The notes: a model not told the origin generated them from the letters alone. DNA of 64,000 bases from an uncultured Lachnospiraceae bacterium (GCA_947243855.1 CAMXIK010000018.1:6813-70812); one strand, 5' to 3'. Positions 37,639-50,564 are shown, counted from the first letter of the stretch. Numbers and translations are program-made.

Positions 37639-38964
37639 ATGAAGTCCTGTCCGCGGCGCATATATCTTAATATGTGCAAGAATAGAAAGGGACTCAAATT
37701 ATTATTAATAGCGATTGTTATGATAGCTTTGGGATGCGGATGCGTGGAGCTTCTGCGGGAGAGGGAGACAAAAACAAAAACGGCGGCTCTGCCCCTGCAC
37801 GGCATGACAGAGCGTCTGGTGATGGCGCCCTATCTGCCCGGTATTTGCAGAATGTGTGAAGGAAGCAGCCAGATATCGGAGGACGGCCTTTTTTTGAAAG
37901 GTCTGCTCTCTCAATATCCGGGTCTGCTTTTTGCGTGGGAAAACGGGGAAGAGGGAGTGACGGAGAGCGACTATGCGAGAATATTCCTATCGGAGGGAAG
38001 CGACGAAGACCACAAAGGACTGCCGGAGGAAGCCTTGGATTACGGGGACGACGCGATCCATTTGGAGAAAAGTCTGGAGTCGGCTTTTTTGAAAGAAAAC
38101 AGTAGTTATTTATCCTCTCAGGAGGAAATACGGGAGCAGGACGGAGAAGAAGAGGAGGCGGGAAAACAGCCGTTTGTTCCAGCGGAAGAAAAAAGTTATC
38201 GTTATCAATGGCCGGAATTGTCCTCCTACGAAGAGTTAGTCAAGGCGTTTTATGCCGTGGACAGCACAACCGTGGCAGGGGAGGAGCTTCTGCGCACGGA
38301 TAGGCTTCTGGAAAAGGATATGCGGATACAGGGGAGTGCGGACGCACCCCAGATTCTGATTTATCATACCCATTCGAGGGAAAGCTTTGCAGATTCTGTT
38401 CCGGGAGATGAAAACAGCGGCATTTTGGGAGCGGGGGAGTATTTGGCAACGCTCCTGCGGGAACAGTACGGCTACAATGTGATACATAATACCGATTGTT
38501 ACGATGAAGAGAGAGATTACGCTTACAGCAATTCCCTGCCAGCCATCGAAGCGATTTTGGAGGAATATCCTTCTATCGAGGCCGTGATTGATCTGCACAG
38601 GGACGCGATGCCAGAGGACAGGCGCCTTGTGATGGATATTCAGGGACGCCCTACCGCGCAGTTTATGTTTTTTAACGGACTCTGCCGCACCAAAAAAGGC
38701 GAGATCGCGCAGTTGGAGAATCCTTATCTGGCAGATAATCTGGCATTGTCCTTTCAGATGCAGGCCGCCTGTAACGAATATTATCCGGGCATTGCCCGCA
38801 GAATTTACCTAAAGGCCTACCGCTATAATATGCACCTTTGTCCGAAATCCCTGCTGATCGAACTGGGAGCGCAGAATAACACGGAGGAGGAAATCCACAA
38901 TGCCTGCGAACTGCTGGCGCATGTGCTCGATTTGGTTTTCAGCGGCAGGGAGCCGGAGCGGTGA
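37639..38964 (+). CDS. spoIIP: Stage II sporulation protein P
   Basis: [20 protein letters not shown]...LLIELG; follows gpr. Confidence 0.9.
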   Translation: MKSCPRRIYLNMCKNRKGLKLLLIAIVMIALGCGCVELLRERETKTKTAALPLHGMTERLVMAPYLPGICRMCEGSSQISEDGLFLKGLLSQYPGLLFAWENGEEGVTESDYARIFLSEGSDEDHKGLPEEALDYGDDAIHLEKSLESAFLKENSSYLSSQEEIREQDGEEEEAGKQPFVPAEEKSYRYQWPELSSYEELVKAFYAVDSTTVAGEELLRTDRLLEKDMRIQGSADAPQILIYHTHSRESFADSVPGDENSGILGAGEYLATLLREQYGYNVIHNTDCYDEERDYAYSNSLPAIEAILEEYPSIEAVIDLHRDAMPEDRRLVMDIQGRPTAQFMFFNGLCRTKKGEIAQLENPYLADNLALSFQMQAACNEYYPGIARRIYLKAYRYNMHLCPKSLLIELGAQNNTEEEIHNACELLAHVLDLVFSGREPER

Positions 38965-39023
38965 TAGCTGTGGACATCCGCCTGCATTTTTGGTATACTT
39001 GCGTGAGAAGAATGGAGGCAGCA

Positions 39024-40829
<1,806 letters not shown>

Positions 40830-40883
40830 GCGGGGGAGCGGCGCGGACGTCTTGACAATATCTGCGGACGCAAAGAGGACAAG

Positions 40884-42089
40884 ATGAGAGAGCTGAGTAT
40901 CTATATTCATATCCCATTCTGTGTCAGGAAATGTCTTTACTGCGATTTCCTTTCCGCTCCGGCGGACAGCGGCAGAATTGAGAGTTATGTAAACCTGCTA
41001 TTACAGGAAATAAAAAAACAAGCGGTATTTTATGGAGATCACAGGGTGGTCTCCATCTTTCTGGGCGGCGGGACGCCCTCGCTGCTTCCGGCGGCGGATA
41101 TGGGGCGGATTCTGGCGCAGATCAGGAGCGGTTATTCTGTGGCGGAAGATGCGGAGATCACGGTTGAGTGCAATCCGGGAACGGTCACGGAGGACAAACT
41201 GAAAAATTATATAACACATGGTATTAACCGGCTGAGCATTGGTTTGCAGTCTACGGACGACGGGGAGCTTGCGCGCATTGGACGAATCCATAGCTACGGG
41301 GATTTTTTAGAGACATACCGGCTGGCGAGGGAGGCGGGATTTGGCAATATCAACGTGGATTTGATGGCTGGCCTGCCCGGTCAAGGCATGGATTCCTACA
41401 GGAGGACATTAGAGCGGGTGACTGCGCTTTCACCGGAGCACATTTCCGCTTATAGTCTGATTTTGGAGGAGGGAACTCCGCTTTACGGAAACCAATCAGC
41501 CTATCAGTTCCCCGATGAGGACGAGGATCGGGAAATGTATGAGCTGACGGGACGCTATCTGGCGGAGGCGGGCTATAGCCGTTATGAGATTTCCAACTAT
41601 GCGAGGGAGGGATTTGCCTGCCGCCATAACAAGGTTTACTGGCGCAGAGGCGATTATGCGGGTTTTGGACTGGGGGCCTCCTCTATGGTGAAAAACGTCC
41701 GCTGGAAGAATCCGGCAAAACACGGGGACTATGCGGCCTATGTGGAGAATATGGGCCGACAGCCGGGGAGACAGCCAGACGCAGACGTTGCGGCGGGGAC
41801 GGAAGCGGTCTGGGTATCGCGCATGGAACAGGCGGGCGCGGATGAGGTACAGCGTCTTACGACAGCGGAGCAGATGGAGGAATTTATGTTTCTTGGCCTG
41901 CGGCTTACGGAGGGTGTAGATCCGGAGGAGTTTCAGCGTATGTTCGGGAAATCCATGGAGGAGGTTTACGGGAAAACAATCGCCGCTTTTGAGAGGCGGG
42001 GACTGCTTACGAGAAAAGAAGGGCGGCTTGCCCTGACGCTTCGCGGAATCGACGTGAGCAATGTGGTATTTGCATCGTTTTTGTTTTGA
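40884..42089 (+). CDS. hemW: Radical SAM heme chaperone HemW (HemN-like)
   Basis: YIHIPFCVRKCLYCDF, GGGTPS, YEISNYA; follows lepA. Confidence 0.92.
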   Translation: MRELSIYIHIPFCVRKCLYCDFLSAPADSGRIESYVNLLLQEIKKQAVFYGDHRVVSIFLGGGTPSLLPAADMGRILAQIRSGYSVAEDAEITVECNPGTVTEDKLKNYITHGINRLSIGLQSTDDGELARIGRIHSYGDFLETYRLAREAGFGNINVDLMAGLPGQGMDSYRRTLERVTALSPEHISAYSLILEEGTPLYGNQSAYQFPDEDEDREMYELTGRYLAEAGYSRYEISNYAREGFACRHNKVYWRRGDYAGFGLGASSMVKNVRWKNPAKHGDYAAYVENMGRQPGRQPDADVAAGTEAVWVSRMEQAGADEVQRLTTAEQMEEFMFLGLRLTEGVDPEEFQRMFGKSMEEVYGKTIAAFERRGLLTRKEGRLALTLRGIDVSNVVFASFLF

Positions 42090-42200
42090 CGTGCGGGGAG
42101 ACATATATTATAATAGTAGAAATAGAATTGGGACAGATGGAAAGGCACTTGGGAAGCCGCCGGTTCATAGAATAGAGTAAATGGACTTTGGAGGCTCCTT

Positions 42201-42845
42201 TTGAAAACATTCAGCCAGCCACTTTCTGCGAAGGATGAGGCCGTTTATTTGGGGCGGCTTAAAACGGGAAGCGAAAGAGAGCGCGGGGAGGCCAAAGGTA
42301 TTTTGGTAGAACGCAATCTACGTCTGGTGGCGCATATTGCCAGAAAATACCAGAACGTGGACGAGGATATGGAGGATCTGATTTCGATCGGAACCATTGG
42401 ATTAATTAAGGCCATTGACTCCTTCGACGCCGGAAAAGGAAAGCTGAGCACTTATGCTTCACGCTGTATCGATAATGAGCTTCTGATGCTTCTTCGGGCG
42501 AAGAAAAAAACTTCCAGAGAGGTCTCTTTGTACGAACCGATCGGGACGGACAGGGAAGGCAACGAAATCAGCCTGCTCGATGTCATTGAGCAGGAACAGA
42601 TGGATGTTGTGGACAGAATGGAAGTGGAAGCGAAACTGTACCGGTTGAAGGATTTAATTGACAACCGTCTTTCGGACAGGGAGCGGAAGATTATTATGCT
42701 GCGCTATGGCCTTGCGGGCGGCAGAGAAATTACCCAGAGAGAAATCGGCCACAGGATGGGAATTTCCAGAAGCTATGTGTCCAGAATCGAGAAGCGGGCG
42801 CTAGAGAAGCTGAAGGAGGGTTACGAGGCCTTTGGCCTGACATAA
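42201..42845 (+). CDS. sigK: Sporulation sigma factor SigK, uninterrupted and without pro-peptide
   Basis: NLRLVAHIARKY, DLISIGTIGLIKAIDSF, EITQREIG...ISRSYVSRIEKRAL; TTG start after GGAGG. Confidence 0.9.
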   Translation: MKTFSQPLSAKDEAVYLGRLKTGSERERGEAKGILVERNLRLVAHIARKYQNVDEDMEDLISIGTIGLIKAIDSFDAGKGKLSTYASRCIDNELLMLLRAKKKTSREVSLYEPIGTDREGNEISLLDVIEQEQMDVVDRMEVEAKLYRLKDLIDNRLSDRERKIIMLRYGLAGGREITQREIGHRMGISRSYVSRIEKRALEKLKEGYEAFGLT

Positions 42846-42869
42846 GAATAGATAGGAGGAGACGGGACA

Positions 42870-43997
42870 ATGCGTTTTGTGAAGAACGAAGATTTAAAGA
42901 CGGGAATGAGACTGGCGCGTCCTATATACAATAAAAACGGCGTTTTGCTTTATGAGAGAAATTCAAAACTGACGATACAGGGTATCAACAGTGTGAAAAA
43001 TTTTGGCCTTCTTGGCATTTTTATTTTGGAGCCGGCGGAGCCTGTTCCTCCCATGACTAAGGCGGATGTGGAGTTTGAACGTTTTCAGACCATGTGCGTG
43101 TTTTCGATCAGGGAGGAACTGGACAGCATCGTGGAGACGGGGCGTGCCCAGAGAATCCAGATGATCGCCTCCAATATCATTAAAAATTACGGGCATCTGG
43201 ACACGAGAATTAATTTTATGCAGAACCTCCGGAGCAAGGAGGATTACATATATAAACATTCCTTGAACGTGGCGATTCTCTGCGCATTAATAACACATGT
43301 TATGAATATAAGGGTGGAAGAGCAGATGGAAACCGTGCAGGCGGCGCTTGTCCACGATATCGGAAAGATGATGCATTTCGAGGAGGAAGATGTTGCAGGC
43401 GGCCCTGTGATCGATATGACGATGGATGACAGGGAGGAGGCCGGACATGCCCTTTTGGATACGGCCTTTTCCGCAAGGCCCAATATTAAGCGGATTTGTT
43501 CGCAAGCGCATAAGACGCTGGCCAGTCTGCGGACAGGGGAGGATATATCGGCGATTCGTCTGGTGAATGGCGCGAGGGTGTTGGCCGTGGCGGAGACCTA
43601 CGACAGAATGACGGCCATGAAATTTGACGAGGAGCCAGCCTCCGAGGTTGCTGCCTTGAAATATCTTTTGAGCAATCCGAATGTGTTTCACAGCAAGGTG
43701 GTGGAGGCGTTGATTAAATCCATCAATATTCTGGCGCCCGGCGTCAGCGTGGAGCTGAATACCGGGGAGAAGGCCCTTGTCCTTGCGGCTAACGAGGCTG
43801 ATATCCTGCGGCCCATGATTCTGATGTTTAAAGATAATAGCATTATTGACTTGGCGGATACCGATCTGTACGGGGATTTGGAAATCAAAGACATTATGAA
43901 GACGCTGGATAACCGCCATGTGATGGACATGGATCTTTTAAAGAGAAACGGCATTGAAGTGGAGGAAGCGGAATACGTGGAGATTCCGATTATTTAG
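42870..43997 (+). CDS. HD-GYP-like protein with degenerate GYP region
   Basis: HSLNVA, ALVHDIGK, ARVLAVAETYD; no HHE...GYP. Confidence 0.8.
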   Translation: MRFVKNEDLKTGMRLARPIYNKNGVLLYERNSKLTIQGINSVKNFGLLGIFILEPAEPVPPMTKADVEFERFQTMCVFSIREELDSIVETGRAQRIQMIASNIIKNYGHLDTRINFMQNLRSKEDYIYKHSLNVAILCALITHVMNIRVEEQMETVQAALVHDIGKMMHFEEEDVAGGPVIDMTMDDREEAGHALLDTAFSARPNIKRICSQAHKTLASLRTGEDISAIRLVNGARVLAVAETYDRMTAMKFDEEPASEVAALKYLLSNPNVFHSKVVEALIKSINILAPGVSVELNTGEKALVLAANEADILRPMILMFKDNSIIDLADTDLYGDLEIKDIMKTLDNRHVMDMDLLKRNGIEVEEAEYVEIPII

Positions 43998-44145
43998 GGG
44001 GCTTGACAAAAAGCCCCCTTTGCTTCATGATAAACGTATCTGAACTCTTTGTATCTTCTATATTCTTTTTTTCAGGCGATTCGCCGCAGAATTTCAAAGA
44101 AGCAGACAATGAAACACAATACGACAGAAAAAGGAGGAAACGTAT

Positions 44146-45672
44146 TTGCTCAGTACAATTATATCCGGAGCTGTTTACGGCGTGCAGAGCCACTTGATTC
44201 AGGTGGAGGTGGACGTCTCGCAGGGACTGCCCTGTTTTCAGATTGTCGGTCTGCCGGGATCTGAGGTGCGGGAGGCGAGAGAGCGGGTAAAGGTGGCGTT
44301 AAAGAATGTGGGGGTCAAGCTGCCGCCCATGTGTATCAACGTCAACCTTTCCCCTGCAGATCTGCCAAAAAACGGCACCATGTTTGATCTGCCAGTAGCG
44401 GTGGGAATGATGGCCGCCCTCGGAAAATTGAAAAAAGAGGAGACGGAGGGAATCCTGCTTTTGGGAGAGCTGGGACTTTCTGGGGAATTAAAGCCGGTAA
44501 AAGGCGTTCTTCCCATTGCGAGGGAGGCGGCGGCAAGGGGGATTCGCAAATGCCTTCTACCGGTGGAGAACGCGTGGGAGGCTGGGCTGATCCAAGATAT
44601 GGAGAGCGTCGGCGCGGCCAGCGTGCAGGAGGCGGTGGCGCTTTTGCAGGGCAAGGAGCGGGGGACAACGGAGGGCCTGCAAGGCAAGGCGCAGGGCGAG
44701 GAAGACGAAGAGTTCCTTGACTTTGCAGACATCAATGGCCAGCCTGTTTTAAAGCGCGCAGCCGAAGTGGCCGCGGCTGGATTTCACAATCTTTTGATCA
44801 TAGGCGCGCCGGGGTCGGGAAAGACCATGTTGGCCAGACGGATTCCGTCTATCCTGCCGCCCCTTTCTTTGGAGGAAAGTATGGAAGTTTCCACCATCTA
44901 CAGCATTTGCGGTCTCTTACAGTCAGCGGGTTCCCTCAAGACTACCAGACCTTTTCTGCATCCCCATCACACCATAACCGGACGCGCGCTGGCGGGCGGC
45001 GGGCGTATCCCCATGCCCGGCGTGATCAGTTTGGCCCACAGGGGCGTGCTGTTTCTGGACGAACTGCCGGAGTTTAAACGGGAGACGCTGGATATTCTGA
45101 GACAGCCCTTGGAGGACAGGCAGGTACAGATCGCCAGAAGCAGCGGCAGTCAGTGCTATCCAGCGGATTTCATGCTGGTGGGCGCTATGAATCCCTGCCC
45201 CTGCGGGTTTTATCCGGACAGGGACAGGTGCCGCTGTACGCCCTATGAGGTGAAACGTTACCTAAGCCGGGTGTCCGGACCCATTCTGGACCGCATGGAT
45301 ATCTGCGTGGAGGCTCTTCCTATGGGGTTTTCTGAGATTACAGCCAAGGAAAAGGGGGAGAGCAGCGCTGCGGTAAGGGAGCGGGTCATGGCGGCAAGAC
45401 AGATACAGGAATCCCGGTTCGAGGGAACAAGGCTTCGTTTTAACGCAGACATGGGCCCGGGCGAGGTAGAGCGGTACTGCCGGCTCGGAAAGGGAGAGCT
45501 TCGCTACATGGAGCGGATGTTTTCCAGCATGCAGTTGTCCGCCAGAGCCTACCACCGCATTCTCAAGGTGGCCAGAACGATTGCCGATCTGGCGGGCGGC
45601 GGCCGCATCGAGGAAATTCATCTGGCGGAGGCCATCTGTTACAGGCAGTCCGACCGCAAGTTTTGGCAGTAG
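44146..45672 (+). CDS. comM: YifB/ComM Mg-chelatase-like AAA+ ATPase
   Basis: VGLP...REARERV, GAPGSGKT, HPHH, LAHRGVLFLDE, SARAYHRILK. Confidence 0.93.
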   Translation: MLSTIISGAVYGVQSHLIQVEVDVSQGLPCFQIVGLPGSEVREARERVKVALKNVGVKLPPMCINVNLSPADLPKNGTMFDLPVAVGMMAALGKLKKEETEGILLLGELGLSGELKPVKGVLPIAREAAARGIRKCLLPVENAWEAGLIQDMESVGAASVQEAVALLQGKERGTTEGLQGKAQGEEDEEFLDFADINGQPVLKRAAEVAAAGFHNLLIIGAPGSGKTMLARRIPSILPPLSLEESMEVSTIYSICGLLQSAGSLKTTRPFLHPHHTITGRALAGGGRIPMPGVISLAHRGVLFLDELPEFKRETLDILRQPLEDRQVQIARSSGSQCYPADFMLVGAMNPCPCGFYPDRDRCRCTPYEVKRYLSRVSGPILDRMDICVEALPMGFSEITAKEKGESSAAVRERVMAARQIQESRFEGTRLRFNADMGPGEVERYCRLGKGELRYMERMFSSMQLSARAYHRILKVARTIADLAGGGRIEEIHLAEAICYRQSDRKFWQ

Positions 45673-45691
45673 AACGATAGGAGGGGATTGC

Positions 45692-46852
45692 ATGAAGGAG
45701 GAGGAAAAGGCGTACTATCACTGGCTTGCACAGGCCGTCGGCGTAGGGAACAAGAGGTTTTTGCGCGCTCTTACCGAATTCGGTACGCCGCAGGAAATTT
45801 TCACACAAGCCCTTTCGGGGAAGCTGGCGGATAGGCTGAGCGAACGTTTCCGGGAAAAAGCGGCGCTGTTATCAGAAACCAGCAGGCTCTTTGACGTACA
45901 GGGTGAGTATGAACGCCTTACAGCACGCGGGATTCGTTTTGTGATGCAGGAGGAGGATGCCTATCCGGGACGGCTTTTCCAAATCCCGGACAGACCGTGG
46001 GTTCTCTATTACGCGGGAACGCTGCCGTCTAAACATGCGCCTGCGGTGGCGCTGATCGGGGCGAGGGATTGTACCGAATACGGCAGGTATATGGCCGGAC
46101 AGTTCGGCGCTGCATTTGCAAGGGCCGGCGTGCAGGTGATCAGCGGTATGGCAAGGGGGATCGACGGCATCGGTCAGGGAAGCGCGCTGCGGGAGGGCGG
46201 ATATTCCATGGGCGTTTTGGGCTGCGGGGTGGACGTCTGCTATCCGAGGGAGAATAGAGAATTGTACGAGGCGCTTCTTGCAGGGGGCGGCGTCTGCTCG
46301 GAGTATCCGCCGGGCGTAGAGCCGCGGGCCATGCTGTTTCCGCCGAGAAACCGGATTATCAGCGGCCTTGCCGACGCGGTGATGGTGATTGAAGCCAGAG
46401 AAAAGAGCGGGACCCTCATTACGGTAGACATGGCGCTTGAGCAGGGCAGGGACGTCTACGCGCTGCCGGGACGCGCCACAGATCCCTTAAGCGGCGGTTG
46501 TAACCGCCTGATCAGGCAGGGGGCGGGGCTGGTGTCCTCGCCGGAAGAACTGCTGGAAGAGCTGTCCTGCGCGGCGGGCGGCGTGGGATCAGGAAGAAAG
46601 GCGCGGGCGGGCGGCGTGAAAGCGGCGGCGGTGCAGACAAAGCTTGTTTTTCTGGAAGGGCCGGCGGGGGAACTGTGGGAGATTTTGGATTTTAATCCGC
46701 TTCCGACGCAGGAGCTGCAGCGCAGATATGAGGAAAAATTTGGAAAAACAATTACACTGCCGGTTCTGTTTCAGGAGCTTTTGGAGCTGTGCGCGGGCGG
46801 TTATGCAAGGCAGGTGGGAGGCGGGTATTTCATGCGGGTGATGAAAACGTAA
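45692..46852 (+). CDS. dprA: DNA-processing protein DprA
   Basis: VALIGAR, VISGMARGIDG, RNRIISGL, SGTLIT...ALEQGRDV. Confidence 0.95.
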   Translation: MKEEEKAYYHWLAQAVGVGNKRFLRALTEFGTPQEIFTQALSGKLADRLSERFREKAALLSETSRLFDVQGEYERLTARGIRFVMQEEDAYPGRLFQIPDRPWVLYYAGTLPSKHAPAVALIGARDCTEYGRYMAGQFGAAFARAGVQVISGMARGIDGIGQGSALREGGYSMGVLGCGVDVCYPRENRELYEALLAGGGVCSEYPPGVEPRAMLFPPRNRIISGLADAVMVIEAREKSGTLITVDMALEQGRDVYALPGRATDPLSGGCNRLIRQGAGLVSSPEELLEELSCAAGGVGSGRKARAGGVKAAAVQTKLVFLEGPAGELWEILDFNPLPTQELQRRYEEKFGKTITLPVLFQELLELCAGGYARQVGGGYFMRVMKT

Positions 46853-46935
46853 AAAAAATTCCCCTCTTGCAACCGTTGGAAATTTGGTGTATAGTGTAGC
46901 ACGTTGATAGAAAATTGGCAGATAGGGGAATTGCT

Positions 46936-49020
46936 ATGGCAAAATATTTGGTGATTGTGGAGTCGCCTGCAAAGGTAAAGACCATCAAAAAATTTTTGGG
47001 TTCCAACTATGAAGTTGCAGCCAGTCAGGGACATGTGCGGGATCTGCCCAGAAGCGTTCTGGGAATCGATGTGGACAACGACTTTGAACCGAAATATATT
47101 ACGATTCGGGGAAAGGGCGATATTTTGGCGAATCTCCGCAAGGAAGTGAAGAAGGCTGAGAAAGTCTATCTCGCAACCGACCCGGACCGCGAGGGAGAAG
47201 CTATTTCATGGCATCTGCTTTATGCTTTGAAACTGGAAAATAAAAAGGTATACCGTATCACCTTTAATGAAATTACCAAGACGGCGGTGAAAGAGTCTTT
47301 AAAGAATGCCAGAGAGATCAATATGGATTTGGTGGACGCCCAGCAGGCCAGAAGATGTCTTGACCGTATGGTGGGATATCAGATTTCGCCTGTGCTGTGG
47401 GCGAAGGTGAAGAGGGGACTCTCCGCTGGACGCGTGCAGTCGGTGGCCCTTCGGATCATCTGCGACAGGGAGGATGAAATCAACGCCTTTATCCCGGAGG
47501 AATACTGGTCCTTAGACGCGAGTTTGAAGGTAGACGGGGAGAAAAACCCGCTGACAGCGAAATACTACGGCTCTAAGGGCGAAAAACGCACCATCTCGTC
47601 CAAAGAGGAGATGGAAAAGATTAAGAAAGAACTGGCCGGCGCTTCTTACAAAGTGAGTTCCGTAAAGACCGGGGAGCGGGTGAAAAAAGCGCCTCTGCCT
47701 TTTACGACCTCTACGTTACAGCAGGAAGCCAGCAAAGTTTTGAATTTTTCCACGCAAAAGACCATGCGTCTGGCCCAGCAGCTTTACGAGGGCGTGGAGA
47801 TTAAAGGAAACGGCACCACTGGTATTATCACCTATCTTCGTACCGACTCCACCAGAGTTTCGGAGGAGGCCGAGGCGGCGGCTAAAACCTTTATCACGGA
47901 AAAATACGGAAAAGAGTACGCGGCGGTTACGGAGCAGGAGAGGAAGACGGATAAGAAGATTCAGGACGCCCACGAAGCGATCCGTCCCACGGATATCGCA
48001 AGGCTTCCTTTAGAGATCAAAGAGTCCCTTTCCAGAGATCAATTCAGGCTCTACCAGTTGATCTGGAAACGGTTTACGGCCAGCCGTATGGCGGCGGCCC
48101 AGTATGAGACTACCTCGGTGAAGATCGACGCCGGGGAGCACCGCTTTACGGTGGCGGCTTCGAAGATTAAATTTGACGGCTTTATGAGCGTTTACACGCA
48201 GGAGGAAGACAAGGAGGAGGGCAATACCCTGATTCGCGGAATCACTGAGGATTCCAAGCTTTCCCTCGTGTCATTGGAGGAGAAACAGCATTTCACCCAG
48301 CCGGCGCCCCACTACACGGAGGCATCCCTTGTGCGTGCGATGGAGGAGCTGGGAATCGGACGCCCTAGTACCTATGCGCCGACGATTACCACGATTCTTG
48401 CCAGAAGATATATTGTCAAGGAAAATAAAAACCTCTATGTGACGGAGCTTGGCGAAGTGGTCAACAATATGATGAAGGAGGCTTTTCCCTCCATTGTGGA
48501 CGTGAACTTTACCGCCACCATGGAAGCCCTGCTGGACGGCGTGGAGGAAGGCAGCGTGAAGTGGAAGACGGTGGTAAAGAATTTTTATCCCGACTTGAAA
48601 GAAGCTGTGGAGAAAGCGGAGAAGGAGCTGGAAGAAGTAGAGCTTGCCGACGAGCTTGCCGACGAATACTGTGAGCTTTGCGGACGGCAGATGGTGATTA
48701 AGTACGGCCCTCACGGCAGATTTTTGGCCTGTCCCGGCTTTCCCGACTGCCGCAATACCAAGCCTTATTTTGAAAAGATCGGCGTCGCCTGCCCTAAGTG
48801 CGGCAAGGACATTGTCTTAAAGAAGACCAAGAAGGGGCGTAAGTATTACGGCTGTATTGACAATCCAGATTGCGATTTTATGGTGTGGCAAAAGCCAGTA
48901 GAGGAAAAATGCGACCGCTGCGGTTCCATTATGCTCCAGAAGGGAAGCAAACTGGTATGCTCCGACGAAACTTGCGGGTTTGTCAAGGATATGCCGAAGG
49001 AAAAAGTGGAGCAGGCGTAA
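46936..49020 (+). CDS. topA: DNA topoisomerase I
   Basis: IVESPAK, ATDPDREGE, SAGRVQS, ITYLRTDS, zinc ribbons; promoter TTGCAA-17-TATAGT at 46867-46895. Confidence 0.97.
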   Translation: MAKYLVIVESPAKVKTIKKFLGSNYEVAASQGHVRDLPRSVLGIDVDNDFEPKYITIRGKGDILANLRKEVKKAEKVYLATDPDREGEAISWHLLYALKLENKKVYRITFNEITKTAVKESLKNAREINMDLVDAQQARRCLDRMVGYQISPVLWAKVKRGLSAGRVQSVALRIICDREDEINAFIPEEYWSLDASLKVDGEKNPLTAKYYGSKGEKRTISSKEEMEKIKKELAGASYKVSSVKTGERVKKAPLPFTTSTLQQEASKVLNFSTQKTMRLAQQLYEGVEIKGNGTTGIITYLRTDSTRVSEEAEAAAKTFITEKYGKEYAAVTEQERKTDKKIQDAHEAIRPTDIARLPLEIKESLSRDQFRLYQLIWKRFTASRMAAAQYETTSVKIDAGEHRFTVAASKIKFDGFMSVYTQEEDKEEGNTLIRGITEDSKLSLVSLEEKQHFTQPAPHYTEASLVRAMEELGIGRPSTYAPTITTILARRYIVKENKNLYVTELGEVVNNMMKEAFPSIVDVNFTATMEALLDGVEEGSVKWKTVVKNFYPDLKEAVEKAEKELEEVELADELADEYCELCGRQMVIKYGPHGRFLACPGFPDCRNTKPYFEKIGVACPKCGKDIVLKKTKKGRKYYGCIDNPDCDFMVWQKPVEEKCDRCGSIMLQKGSKLVCSDETCGFVKDMPKEKVEQA

Positions 49021-49162
49021 ACTGCATGTAAGATTGGGAAGCTTTGCCTGATTTGCGCGAATTACTGATAAATTGCACTAAAATGCGTTGAAATTTTTTA
49101 AATTGTATGATAAAATCAATATATTATGAGGCAATTTATTGTAAGGAACGAGAGGTAAATAC

Positions 49163-49948
49163 ATGAGTAGCGTGCAGTTGTTAGATAAGACCCGGAAAAT
49201 AGGGAAGCTGCTTCACAACAACAATTCTGGCAAGGTAGTGTTTAACGATATCTGCGATGTGTTGAAGGAGATTCTGGTTTCCAATGTGCTTGTGGTGAGC
49301 AGGAAGGGCAAGGTGCTTGGCCTCGGTGATTCGGCCGCGGTGGAATCCATTACGGAGCTGATTGTGGATCATGTGGGAGGATTTATTGATCCTATGTTAA
49401 ACGAGCGGCTTCTGGGAGTGCTCTCTACCAAGGAGAATGTCAATCTGGAGACGCTTGGCTTTGAGAGTCCGGGCATCAGACGGTTTCAGGCGGTGATCGC
49501 GCCCATCGAGATTTCCGGCGAGCGGCTGGGAACCCTTTTCCTTTACAAAAGCGACGACCAGTACGACATAGACGATATCATTCTGTGCGAGTACGGCACC
49601 ACGGTAGTGGGACTGGAAATGCTTCGGGCGGTGAGCGAGGAGAATGCGGAGGAGAACCGCAAGGTGGCCGTTGTAAAATCGGCGATCTCCACCCTGTCCT
49701 TCTCGGAAATGGAGGCTATCACCCATATTTTCGACGAGCTTGGCGGGATGGAAGGGATTCTCGTGGCCAGCAAGATCGCGGATAAGGTGGGGATCACCCG
49801 TTCGGTCATCGTGAACGCCCTTCGGAAATTTGAGAGCGCTGGCGTGATCGAATCCCGGTCTTCCGGTATGAAGGGAACTTATATCAAGGTGTTGAACGAC
49901 GTGGTGTTCGACGAAGTGGAAAAATTAAAGGAACAGGGAAGGTTTTAA
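49163..49948 (+). CDS. codY: Global regulator CodY
   Basis: GAF domain plus TLSFSE...ASKIADKVGITRSVIVNALRKFESAGVIESRSSGMKGT; promoter TTGAAA-17-TAAAAT at 49088-49116. Confidence 0.97.
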   Translation: MSSVQLLDKTRKIGKLLHNNNSGKVVFNDICDVLKEILVSNVLVVSRKGKVLGLGDSAAVESITELIVDHVGGFIDPMLNERLLGVLSTKENVNLETLGFESPGIRRFQAVIAPIEISGERLGTLFLYKSDDQYDIDDIILCEYGTTVVGLEMLRAVSEENAEENRKVAVVKSAISTLSFSEMEAITHIFDELGGMEGILVASKIADKVGITRSVIVNALRKFESAGVIESRSSGMKGTYIKVLNDVVFDEVEKLKEQGRF

Positions 49949-49978
49949 TCAGTAAGGGCCTTAGAAATAACTGGCAGA

Positions 49979-50024
49979 AGGATCTGCGAAAAGTGCCGAT
50001 TTTGCGCATTGCAGATCCTTTTTT
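49979..50024 (+). terminator. codY terminator
   Basis: AGGATCTGC/GCAGATCCT followed by a T-run. Confidence 0.7.
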
Positions 50025-50128
50025 GTCGTTTTCTTTGGACACTAATTTGTGAAAATCAATCGAAAAACCTTGTAATTTTTTATAATTTATTTATAATGGA
50101 ATATGGATTGTATTAATGTGGAAGGAGT

Positions 50129-50533
50129 ATGACTATGAGCTCATTGATTGATACGAATGTTTTTGATTATGTGAATGTGCTGGATAAGGCCATGGATGCG
50201 TCTGAGCTTAGGCATGAGGCGATTTCGAATAACATTGCCAATGCGGATACGCCGAATTACAAGAGGCAGGATGTGAATTTTGAGATACAGCTTGCGAAGG
50301 CTTTGCGGCACTCCCGTTATAAATCTATGGACGCGAAGGTGTCGGATTTGAAGATGAACCGCTTAAAACCGATCACGTACACGGACTATGCGAGCTTCTC
50401 TTACCGTCTGGACGGCAATAACGTAGATCCCGATACCGAGGGCGTGTACCTTGCGAAGAACCAAGTGGTCTATCAGGGCCTCGAACAGAGCGTGGCGCAG
50501 GAGTTTAAGAATTTGCAGGCAGTCATGAAGTGA
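50129..50533 (+). CDS. flgB: Flagellar basal-body rod protein FlgB
   Basis: ISNNIANADTPNYK, DGNNVD. Confidence 0.95.
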   Translation: MTMSSLIDTNVFDYVNVLDKAMDASELRHEAISNNIANADTPNYKRQDVNFEIQLAKALRHSRYKSMDAKVSDLKMNRLKPITYTDYASFSYRLDGNNVDPDTEGVYLAKNQVVYQGLEQSVAQEFKNLQAVMK

Positions 50534-50564
50534 TTGAGAAGAACTTCTAAAGGAGGAATTCGAA

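Noticed and set aside
49950-50128. c-di-GMP riboswitch or invertible flagellar switch upstream of flgB (as in C. difficile)
   Set aside because: Region holds only the codY terminator and an AT-rich promoter; no aptamer motif or flanking inverted repeats recognised
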